Positions 20,828-31,035 of a stretch of 64,000 nucleotides of DNA are shown here, piece by piece (position 1 is the stretch's first letter; each line of letters begins with the position of its first letter). A program made the position numbers and the translations under genes. The stretch is from Camelus ferus (Eukaryota): NCBI RefSeq assembly GCF_009834535.1, contig NC_045699.1, positions 74,710,001 to 74,774,000 on the forward strand, in the 5' to 3' direction. Below the pieces are notes generated by a model. That model searched no databases and was not told the origin of the DNA. It saw nothing but the letters and a program-made list of their open reading frames with translations.

Positions 20828-21862
20828 TTCATTCCACTTTTTCCGCTTTTGATCAGAGCATCGCTGATTAAGAGTCAGGATCTCTGCATGATAGTGGTTT
20901 CTCCCTCGGTGCCAGGAAGGACCTTCCCCTGTGCACTTGGAAAGTACACAAGTGAGAGACCTCACGCACCTGCACTTGAGTAACAATCAAAGGTATAGGG
21001 AGCGCTCTCAGGGGTCCCGTGTTAAAAGTCCGTGGTTAGTCAGGGCTGTAAGCGCTGGAAATTACCTCAAGGTGCTGAGCTAGCATCATCTTATTAGGCC
21101 TGTCATTCTTATAAAGGTTTGACAAACTTAACAAATACCAGACCAGAGTTAAAACAACATAATAAACCCAGTTTGCAACGTGGTTCTAAGCCAGGAGCCA
21201 GAGATGAAGGTGTCCAGCTGAACAGCCAGTGGGTTGTCGGGTGGTGTTTGCTGTGGCCAGTGTGCTTGCCCTTTAGTGTATGTAACTGAGTCTCTGCTTC
21301 CCCAGAGGCATCTAACCACTTGCAGCAAGACGAGTTTACGATTGCAGACACCTCTCAGCAAGCAGGTGATCACAGGCTGCGTGGTTACCCAAAACCACGG
21401 TGGCCAGAATGTGGAGTGACAGTCGCCCAGCTGAAACTGCGTGGGCTCCAGGGTCAGCTGGCTCTCTCAGGCTCCTGATCCCTGGTTCGCTGGTGCTCAC
21501 TCCCACCCGTGGGGGGAAAGCTGTCCCTACAGAGGCAAAGCCAGAACTGCTTATGCCTCCTAGAAGTTCTCGCTCAAGGCAGTTATAAAGGGTTAATGGG
21601 ACGGATCCATATGAGGCTTCTGTTCAGTGATGTAGGGAGAACGGGATAGTGAATATGGCGGGGCACACTGCCCTGTGCTCTCCGGCCAGCAAGGCAACAG
21701 GTTGCCCAAACATAAGGGCCACTCACAGACCTTCCACACATGGAAGTGTGACGGGGGGTGTACGCACATAAAGCCCCCACACGAGTGATGGTACCTGCAG
21801 ATTCCTTCATTGGCATAGAGGTGCCGGCATCACTTGGCAAGCCTCAAACTTTAGTGTGTTAC
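20828..21862 (-). mobile_element. Degenerate ERV internal sequence, possibly env-derived
   Basis: Lies between the two LTR copies; PPT-like AAAAGCGGAAAAAGTGGAATGAA abuts LTR A; Cys/Trp-rich fragment GALCAY...SMCG...YVWATCCL (ORF 21583-21840). Confidence 0.4.
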
Positions 21863-22278
21863 TGTCAACTTTAATAATATAATACCAGTTATTTTATCAA
21901 CAAAAGCAAATTTATTTGGGAACAGCAAAGGAATTGCAATTCAGGATATGAGAATGATGGTAGATAAAAAGCAAATCCAGAGAACAAGGAGTGAGAACTT
22001 GCTTTATTATAGGGAAAAGGGGTAGTTGGGAAGGGCTGTGACAACCAAAGAGCCCATTGGAGAGTTTGGGGTCCCAGAGTATGGAGGCTTCCCATTGGTT
22101 GGGCCGCTGAGGTCTGTGATTAGCTGGGCCATCCTGGGGCAGAGGGACATTTCCTTCCTCCTCCTGGACAGTAAGTAGAGGCACCTTCCTGTGGGGAATG
22201 TAGGCAGAGATCGCTTTATTGACATGCATGCCCCCTACGGGCCTGTTCAGACTCCAACTTTGGCTGAGGTTTCCGTAA
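21863..22278 (-). mobile_element. ERV LTR (copy B)
   Basis: Collinear direct repeat of 20379-20827 (shared TGTC.ACTTTAATAAT, TTTATTTGGG, ATGGAGGCTTCCCA, GGGCCGCTGAGG, AGTAGAGGC, GCTGAGGTTTC). Confidence 0.7.
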
Positions 22279-22614
22279 TTAATAACACATTCTATCCCAG
22301 TGTCTGGAGAACTGAGTCCTCTGCTGACAGTTCTGCAGTCTCCCTTCTGGTTCATAGGACAAACCTTGTTTCTCCTTCTCTCCTGCATACTTCCAGTTCC
22401 AGGTGCTGTGAGGTGGGTAGTTGGTAGCCATAGAAGACATATCTGCCCCAGGACAGGCCAGCAAGACTGTGAACAGAGTGAAAATATCCCATAAGCCCCA
22501 AGTAAATGCATCCCAACTCACGCTCGTCTTGGTAGGGTCCCAAAAATGCCTGCGGTCACTGCAATGGACCCCAAAGAATGTGAAGGAGGAACCTGCCTGG
22601 AAAGAGGCATTAAA

Positions 22615-23120
22615 TACATTTGTAGTATTGTGAAACTATCACCATCATCCATCTCCAGAACTCTTCATCTTGTAAAACTGAAACTGTCCCAATGAAACAC
22701 TGCCTACTCATTCCCCCCTCTCCCCAGCCCTTGGTACCCATCATTCTCCTTTCTGTCTCTATGACTTTAACTATTCTAGAAACCTCANNNNNNNNNNNNN
22801 NNNNNNNNNNNNNNNNNNNNNNNNNNNNNNNNNNNNNNNNNNNNNNNNNNNNNNNNNNNNNNNNNNNNNNNNNNNNNNNNNNNNNNNNNNNNNNNNNNNN
22901 NNNNNNNNNNNNNNNNNNNNNNNATTCTGCTTACACATCCATCCACTGATGAACACTTGGATTGCTTCAACGTTTAGCTATTGTGGATAGTATTGCTGTG
23001 AACATGGATGTACATATACCTCTTCAAGACCTTAATTTCAATTATTTAGATACATTCCCAGAAGCAGAACTGTTGTATCATATGGAAATTCTATTTTTAA
23101 CTTTTTGAGGAACTGCCACA
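22615..23120 (-). mobile_element. LINE-1 3' fragment (L1M-type), interrupted by an assembly gap
   Basis: ACCATCATCCATCTCCAGAACTC...CCCAGCCCTTGG and CCACTGATGAACACTTGGATTGCTTC...TTTTTGAGGAACTGCCA are typical antisense L1 3' sequence. Confidence 0.8.
22788..22923. other. Assembly gap, 136 N
   Basis: Run of n characters. Confidence 1.
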
Positions 23121-23124
23121 CTTA

Positions 23125-24900
23125 TTTTTGAAAGATTTATTTTGTAGATGTCATCCCACTGTCTTCTGACTTCCATTGCTTCCAATGATAAATCAGTCAT
23201 CATTCATATCCACCTGTATCATTGTCCCCTGCACGTAATGTGACATGTTCTCTGGCTGCTTTCAAGATTTTCTCCTTTTTTGAGGGGTTGGGGTTTCCTA
23301 TTATGAACCTAAGTGTGCATATTTATTCTGCTTGGGTTTGCTGAGCTTCTTGGATCTATATATGAATATTTTTCATCAAATTGGGAAAATTTTTACTAGC
23401 ATTCATTTTTATTTTGCTGTTCCATTCTCTTCATTTTCTTCTTCTGAAACTCCAATTAAGGTATGTATGTAATTCTGCTTGTTATTTCTCACAGTTCTGT
23501 TTTTCAGTCTTTATTCCGTTTTTCAGATTGGATAATTTCTTTGGTTCTGTCCTCAGGATTCCTCATCCTAGTTTCTGCCATCTCCAATATGATATTAAAC
23601 CCAAACAGAGTTTTCATCTCAGACACCATACCCAGGCTCCATCTCCAGTGTGGAAGGTGTCACAGGTCTGACACCTCCAGACAGACACTTTCTGAAAAGA
23701 AATCCTTTTGGGATGAGAGCAGGAGTAACCCACTAAGGTTTGCCTTTGGGAAGAGCCCTTTGGCCACAGTGTGGAGGATGGGGTTGTGAATATGGGGTCG
23801 AGGCTTTGCTCGGGGGAGCATGGGCAGTAAACTGGACTGACCAGGACAGAGGGAGTGGGCAGGGAGGGGTGAACACCCTGTGGAAGCTAATGACGTCATG
23901 TTGGATCAACAGACCAACATGCTACTTGTCACTGATAACTTAAAAGTTGTTGGCTACATCCTTTGTCAGGATTTTGATGAGTATTGTTCACAGCAAATCC
24001 ACATAATACACTACGATTCGACTCTATTTCCTTTCCCTTATCACATTTTCCTTGTGTTGACTAGTGTCTCTAATTTGGGGGGTTAGCTGCATGTTTACTG
24101 CTTCCTTTTTATTTGATTGGGACCCAGACTGTCGGTCAGAGGTGTAAATCTCCTCTCCACCCCTCAGGTGACTGGCCAGCCCTGTGTTTCCCCGGCCTCA
24201 CCCTCTGCAGCCTGTTCTCCCTAACCAAGCCAGGGTGGGCTTCCAGACCACGAGTGCATGGGAGGAAATTTTTTTGAGACACTGCAAGTTTGAAAATATC
24301 TTTACCCCATCCTCAGTCTGATTGACAGTTTGAGCAACAAGTTATAGGTTGGAACATGAACATGTTTTCTCTTAGAATTTCAATGGTGTGTCCCATTGTC
24401 TTCTAGTTTCCGTGTTCCTGTTGAGAGGTCCCCTGTCTCATGTTGTTTGTCCTTTACATAAGCTCTGCTGTGTGCTCTTGCTTCTCTCTCCCCCCTCCCA
24501 CTGTCTCTGTCTCTTCCTCCCTCCCCTCTCCCTCCCTCCCTCTTTCTCCTCCCCATCGCCCCTCAGGAGGTTTTTGTTTCTTCTGTTTGCTCTCCTTTCT
24601 CTGTGACCTCAGAGTGATGGCCTTGGTGTGTTTCCCCGCCATGTGCTCCACGATCTAGACCTCAGAAATTTGGATACTAACACCTTTCAGCTTCCTGGTG
24701 CTATTTCCTCAGTAACTTCCTCCCTTCATTGTTTGTTTTCACTTTCTGGAATTCGTGTAACTAAGATCTTAGAATTCCTCCTGGGGCTATGACTATCCTT
24801 ATCTTTTCTATTTTTAACTCCTTTCATTTCTGCTCCACTTTTGGGAGATTTCCTCAACTTACAACCTTTTCACTGACTTTTTTCTTTAATCTGAATCACA
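23125..24900 (-). mobile_element. Patchwork of old L1M fragments with a probable L2 fragment at ~23680-23880
   Basis: T-rich antisense L1M-like phrases (CTGGCTGCTTTCAAGATTTTCTC; GCTGAGCTTCTTGGATCT; CCATTGTCTTCTAGTTTCC); L2-like GGCCACAGTGTGGAGGATGGGG. Boundaries approximate. Confidence 0.5.
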
Positions 24901-25169
24901 TATTTGATTTGTAAGTGCTCCCTGTTACATTCTGGATGTCCCTTCTGTGGCACCGGGCTTCACAAGGGCCTGTTTCATGTGTTCCCCTCTCTGTTCCTCT
25001 GAGGTTACCAAGTTAAGTTCTTGTCATGTTTTCTTCAAGCACCTACATCATCCTTCCCCTCCTGTCATCAGTTTTGGTCTCCCTCTTTCACTCAACTGTC
25101 CTGACCCTTGGCTGGCTGTCTTGTCCAAGAGGGTGGTCCTTGGGGGGAGCTGGGGGCCTTGTTTGTTGG

Positions 25170-25312
25170 TTTTCTTTTTTAATTTTTTAAAATTTAATTT
25201 TACTGCTGGAGGTAATGTGGATTTTTACTTACTTTAATGGAGGTACTGGGGATTGAACCCAGGACCTCCTGCGTGCCAAGCATGTACTCTACCACTTGAG
25301 CTGTCCCCTCCC
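25170..25312 (-). mobile_element. tRNA-derived SINE, camelid-type
   Basis: Minus strand GGGAGGGGACAGCTCAAGTGGTAGAG...GGTTCAATCCCCAGTACCTCC...ATTACCTCC plus A-rich tail; Pol III A and B boxes. Confidence 0.8.
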
Positions 25313-25679
25313 TGTAGCTGGGAGCCTTGTGTGCAGAGTAGGCCTTCCCAGGGTGAGCTCTTCTTTGGGGCAATCAGGGTGGGACAGAGCCATCTGAGGG
25401 TCCCAAAGAGCAACATCTGGCCAACCATTTCCTGCTTAGCTAGGTGGCAGCCATGGGGAAGAACTGAGTCTTGTGTCCTTTGGACCCATCACCTCCTGCC
25501 TTCCATAGCAGTGAGAAGGGGGAAGTTGCCTGGCAATATGGGCTGGTAGGGGATCTGTAGTCCAGCTGTCCTTACACAGGGTTTGGCCCCTCCCTGCAGC
25601 CCAGCCTGGGCCCCTGGGTTTGCACAGAGCCAGGGCAGCTAACCTATGATGATCATCCTCATTCTGTGACCCAAAGGGT

Positions 25680-26580
25680 AGACCTTACATGATGCAGTTA
25701 ACCACGGTTCATTTAGCAATCCTGAATGCTGTCAGTGATAAAATACTCCTTCTCAAAATGTCTCCTGTCAGCCCCTGGCATCAGCACGCTCTGGATAGCA
25801 GGCCTTTCACACACCTTGTATCCCATGTGGAAATCAGCTACACCCTATGTTTCAGGGGGACGTTCCTAACATTTGAGTGCAGCGTGTACTTCAGACCCTG
25901 GTGGAGCTCTGTGCTCCTGCACTTCAAGCAAAGCAGATGATGTCAGCATGGCCACTACACTCGAGTTACTTCAATTCCATTATTCTTTACAGCTACTTGT
26001 AGTTTTTCACTTGAATTTACAATTTTCCACAGGCGAGATGTCTCAGAGGCACTAGGATCGGCTTCGACCAAAGACACCGACAGAATCACAGTCTCTTGGA
26101 TGTACTGGGAAGTGGAGGTTCTTCCTAACTTTGTGCACCTGTGGTTTTGAGTGAAAAAAAATTACCAACAGTTTATTAAGGTTAATAGAAAGTATTCTTT
26201 GGTCAACTACAAGTGACAATAGATGGACAAATATGGCTGAACTGTCTACTGAACGAGACAAGAAAAAGACCAATTGTGACAAAAGTCATTGTCAGATTTG
26301 TAGACACTAAGGCTCAAAGCCAGGAACTGGTCAATAGTTCTATTCATTACTGTGGAAAAGGGGAAGTTGGTAAGTATTGCCCTTGTTTTTGAAAAAGTAC
26401 GCGAACGTAGCGCAAGTTCTGCTTCATCACTTTCCCCGTTCTTGTACTGTTTATTGGGTGTATTTACTCTTTCCTCTCCTGATTACGTACACGAAGTTCA
26501 GCACAAGAACTTGCTTTTCTTTCCAGGCCATTGTCCTCGTCACTGAGTATACTTGGTCCTACGGAGAAAGGGGTTTAGAA
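25680..26580 (-). mobile_element. Putative decayed hAT transposase, central region
   Basis: AT-rich block with frameshifted minus-strand fragments in the expected order: KNNGIEV, CSGHAD, SAGAQ, VHAA, GIQGV, LLNEPW. These compare with the Tip100-type motifs NGID..CRGQxYD, SGVQ, VHCAAH, GxIQ, LxETRW. Confidence 0.4.
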
Positions 26581-26979
26581 AATCCATCTGGCACCCTCTG
26601 GTCATCAGTGAGGACTGGAAAGGCCAGGTAGGTGGCAGGAGAGGGCAGTGGTTGTGGTCCAGGAGGGCCAGGGGCTGGACCGGCCAGTGGAGGAGGCCAC
26701 CAACTTCTCAAGCGCACTGGCAGTGACTTCCTTTAGGTGCAGAAGGCAGAACCACCTAGACTGAGCCAGGCACAGGGCCTTTGCAAATGGCGGGGGTGGG
26801 GTGGGGGTGCAGCTGGAGAAGGTGGGGCTGCCAGGGATGGGCCAGGGGTCTGGGGAAGCAAGGAAGGATGGTTGGCAGGTGGCAGAACGAGGTTCCAGTT
26901 TGGCTGAAGGATGCTGGGTCCTGGACAGGTGGGAGCCCCACTGAGGAGGGTGGCAGTAGTGTGGCGGGGATTACCTACC

Positions 26980-27350
26980 TGCTGCGGGGTGAGTGCGGGG
27001 AGATCCTCGGAGGACTACCCCGGGCCTCCCAGACACGGGCCTTGGATTTCGGCTGAGTGATTCACTTGCTGGGTCCGAGTGTGAGGAGGGCCATCTTACG
27101 GTTTGCGGGTTCGAAGTGAGGCGGTGGAGCGAGGTGCCCACGGGGAGCCGGTGCGCGGTGTCTGGGCGCGGGGAGGTCCGGCAGCGAGTCAGGGGGCCAG
27201 GGCGGCAGTTCTGGGTGCGGCCGGCAGAGGGCGCGCGCGGACCCGCCGCTGCTACCCTCCAGGGACCCACATCGGGGGGAGGAGGACACAAGTGCACAGG
27301 CCACCACGGGGCGTGGGGGAGGGGGCCCACTTAACTCAGGGCTAACGAGA
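26980..27350. promoter_or_regulatory. Isolated CpG-rich patch ~3.8 kb upstream of TRAF2 exon 1
   Basis: Locally high CpG; GCCATCTT (YY1 core) near 27092; donor-like GG|GTGAGT at 26989. Confidence 0.4.
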
Positions 27351-30264
27351 GAGACCGTCTCTATCCCGAGGCCCTAAGATCTGCCGAGGATCCAGGCTGT
27401 GCCCAGCGCCTGGGGAGGGAGGGAGCTGGTCCGGGTGAGAAACTGGTGCAAAGACCCTGGGGCCAGGTCAGCCCCGCGATCAGAGGCCTGGGATGGCCAG
27501 GGCAGCCTAGGCACCTGCAATGCTGCCTGCGATGTTGTCCTTCAGGCCTTGGGCTCTGTGTGTGGGGTGGCATCAGTTTTCTGAGATTGGCGGAAGGGAG
27601 GTGGGTGTTGAGTGGGGAATCTTGGCAGAGCTTGTCCTTCGACCAAGATGTGAGATGACCTTTACCCTCTTCTTGGTAGTTTTCTGTGTTTTCCAGAGCT
27701 TCTGAAATGTCCTTCTGTAGCTGAAAACCAAATGTTTTTGAATCAGTGGTTTTAAAACCTGTGGGATGAGGTACAGGGACCACACCCCACTCCCTGCCCC
27801 CTACACTTTTTTATTACTTTTTTCTGCGTGCTTCCCAAGTCTGGAAGAACACAAGTGAACGGGAAAACCATCCTTTTCCACCTTTGCTTGCAGAGAATGC
27901 CGCGGTGTGCACATGCTGGCTGCCACCAGGCTCTCTTCCCCAGTGCGGTCTACGGTCTGTATTAGGGCCTGGGCAACGGTGGGCTCACATTGCTGGGGGG
28001 CAGGGGCCCTGGTCCTGGAGTGCTGGCTGCTGCCTCCACCCGTGTCTTTCTCCTTTTCTTGGGGATTGCCCTGAGGGAGGGACGGCGCTGGCTGTGCACT
28101 TCCAGGAGGGGAGTGGGGGAGCCCCACAGGGCTGGTGTGGGTGCAGGGGAATTCTGGGCAGGGCTTGAGGCCAGCCTTTCTGGAAATGGGTCCATCAGGT
28201 GACTACAGTGAGAATGAAACTGGGTTCTTTCAGAAGCTGTGGCCCAGGCTTGACCTTCAAATGTCTAAAAAACGAGAAAAGAAGCAGGAACGAATTCTTA
28301 GGATGGGAAGCAGATTGTCCTGGGAGGCTGGCTCTGCCCAGTGCCAGCCTCTGTTCTGGGGACAGCACTGACCATAACAGGGCATCCCATGGCCGGGGTC
28401 CACATCAGCCTTTCCACCTCCTGGCCCTGTGTGCTCTTCTCCCAAAGGCCTGAGTAAAGGACACAAGGTGAGGGTGTCCAGGGGACTGGCCACGCTGTGG
28501 GGAGTGGAGGTGCCACTAGCATTCAGAAGTGTCTTGGACTGAGCCAATGACCTGAGGAAGGAAAGCCAAGGGGGCAGGGAAGGCCGCCTGGGGCGTGGGA
28601 GAGGGGCCTTGGGGCAACACCCGCCCCGGGTGTCTGCATACCTACGGGCAGCTGATGGGGCCTCTCTCTCGGCTGGACGAGCCCGTGGGCAGCCGGCGCC
28701 CACCGCAGCACCCACCGGGACCAGCAGCCAGGCCCACGCCTCTCTCCGGGGGGCACCGAGGTGCAGGACAGAGGCACCAGGCCTGAAATGTCATGCCCTC
28801 TGCCCCTGACACCCCAGCCCTCAGGGAGCAGGAGGAGGACGCCCGACTCTCCAGGTCTGCCTGGGGCTGTCCCGGCCACCTCCTCAGCCCCTCCCCACAC
28901 GGCTGCCTCAGCAGGCTGAGTTTTGCTTTCTTTTTGGCAGGAAGGAACCTGAGTGGGAATCCCCTGAATCACAGACAACCAGAGTGAGTCATCCCTTTCC
29001 AGCCTGCCAGGACTGAGGTGTCACCCTCCCGCACTGGCGGGCGGGGTGAGTTGGCCACTTCTCAATCAGCAGCCCCTCCCTGCCGAGGCTCCCTGTCCCG
29101 TTCTCAACTCTGCAGGCCTGTTGTCAGAATCTCTCTCTCACACACTCACACACAAAATGCATGCGTGAAAATCCTCTGTAAGTGGCAGTCTGGAACTCGT
29201 GGGAGCACTTTAATGCTGGACGCACGGGCAGGTGTTTGGGGAATGGCTTAGCCTGTCAGTGCTAAGGGCTGCAGGCAGCTGCCTTCCCAGGAAGCAAGGT
29301 CTTTGTCCAGGAAATCTCTTCTGGATGCAGAGTGGGGCTGAGGTGGCCCTGAGCCCAGCACTCCCGCACGGTCCCCGATGCTGAAAGGGTGAGTGAGTTC
29401 TGACCCTCCCCAGGGAGTCACTGCAAAAGGCAGGCGAAGCCTTCTTGTTTTTGCCCTGAAGAAGGAGGGGTGCAGTGCTGCAGGTGACCCTCTCTGCAGC
29501 AAGAACCATTTCCTTCTGGGATGCTGGTGGGTTCACAGGATGGCCTTGGCCTCCCAGGCCCTGGGGGGAGAAACTCCTTACACCTGAGAGCGCGCTTAGC
29601 TGTGGGGCTGGAGGGAAGCCACGTGGAACCTGTAGGAGGGGACAGAGGCCAGGCAGGGGGTTTTCCACAGCTGCTCATGGCAAACTCAATCCCTCAGTTC
29701 ATGGAACCTGTATTGGACGCAGGGTAGCCTCGCTGCTGTATCCCAGGGCCGGGGGAGTTTGGGACGGGGGATTTCCGACTCCAAACCAAGGAGGGATTTC
29801 GCAGTGTGCTGTGAGCTCTGCTGGCCAAAGTACGGATGGTTTAAACGTGTAACTTCAAAGCCTGCCTGGTATGGGTTCCTCGGTCCCTGAAAAGTTCGCG
29901 TGGCTTCAGATGATCCCCGAGGTCCGGTGCCCAGTGTGCTATGTGACCTGGGTAAGGAATCTTGCCTCTCTGAGCCTGTTTCCTTTTCTGCAAAGTGAGG
30001 AGAGCCGTCCACATTGCTGGGTGCTGGCATGAGAGGAGACGCTGTCCTCAGGTATTCAGAAAGCCCATGTTCACCGGTAGAGTGTCCATTTTGTCCAGAC
30101 TCTCCTTTAGCAGATAAGGAAGCGGCCCCTCCTCTGGTCACATGCTTAGCAGCAGTGGTGGGGTCAACACTCTGCCCTCCTGGAGCTGCCCCCGCTTTTC
30201 TGGCCAAGACCACCGCCTCGTTTCTAGATGTTTCCGTGTGTTTCCAAGTGCCATACGTTGTGCA

Positions 30265-30440
30265 TTTTTAGTTTCGTTTGGTGGTAAAATTGTCACGATA
30301 TGAAAGTCACCATTTAAACCATTTTAAAGCGTGTAAAATTCAGTGTCATTTGTACGTTCGCAACGTCAGGCAACCATCACCACTCTCTAGTTCCAGAACG
30401 TTTCACTACCCTGGAAGGAGACCTCACACGCCTTCATAGC
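30265..30440 (-). mobile_element. LINE-1 extreme 3' end fragment
   Basis: GGTAAAATT...CACCATTTAAACCATTTTAAAG...CAACCATCACCACTCTCTAGTTCCAGAAC, antisense L1MA/MB-type tail. Confidence 0.75.
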
Positions 30441-30693
30441 CTTTAGGTGAGCAGCGTCTCTGTGCTTTTTCTCATGAATGTAACGCACATGGGGGCCCAG
30501 CTCCGCGCCGGGCGCCGCGCAAACTGCCCTTGGTCTCGGGCTGACCCTCCCCCGGAAGCGAGAAGCAATCAGGATCTTGCTGCAAGAAGCCTGGAAACCC
30601 GGGAGCCCGGCAGGCAGGAAGCTACACCACTCCCGGCGCGCTTTGCTCGGAAATAGCCGGAGGGGCAACTTAAGTACCCACGCCGCGGTAGCC

Positions 30694-30980
30694 CTGACCA
30701 ATCGGCGCTCGCTGCGGCTCCTGCGCGCTTCTGGTAGGCTCTTGTGTCAGTCCGTTAGAAGTGCGGGCTCGAGATGGGAGGGGCGGGGAAGAAATCTGAC
30801 CAGTCGGTGCCCGCTATGGCTTCCTGCGCGCACTTGGTAGGCTTTTGTGTCAGTCCGTCAGGAGGGCGGGCCCGAGGCAGGGGCGGGGGAGAAATCTGGC
30901 CAACCGGCGCCCGCTGCGGCTCCCTGCGCGCTCCTGGTAGGTCCGTGCGTCAGTCCGTCAGGCGAGTTCAGGGGCGGGCC
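30694..30980 (+). repeat. Three tandem ~100-bp copies of a promoter module
   Basis: Copies start at 30694, 30796 and 30896; each reads CTG(A/G)CCA..CGG.GC.CGCT..GGCT.CCTGCGCGC...TGGTAGG...TG.GTCAGTCCGT.AG...GGGGCGGG. Confidence 0.9.
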
Positions 30981-31035
30981 GGCGGCAGCGGCGGCGGCGG
31001 GCGGGCGAGTAGTTCCGGGCGCGCGGCGACCGTTG
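30981..31035 (+). other. TRAF2: TRAF2 non-coding exon 1 (5' end approximate)
   Basis: AGTTCCGGGCGCGCGGCGACCGTTG|GTGAGT resembles the human TRAF2 5'UTR as I recall it; splices to the acceptor CCCATAG|GGCTT at 37893. Confidence 0.75.

Noticed and set aside
22692-22970. ORFs spanning X runs
   Set aside because: Artefacts of the 136-N gap inside an L1 fragment.
25245-25312. tRNA gene
   Set aside because: The A and B boxes belong to a dispersed SINE with an A-rich tail, seen three times; no intact cloverleaf.
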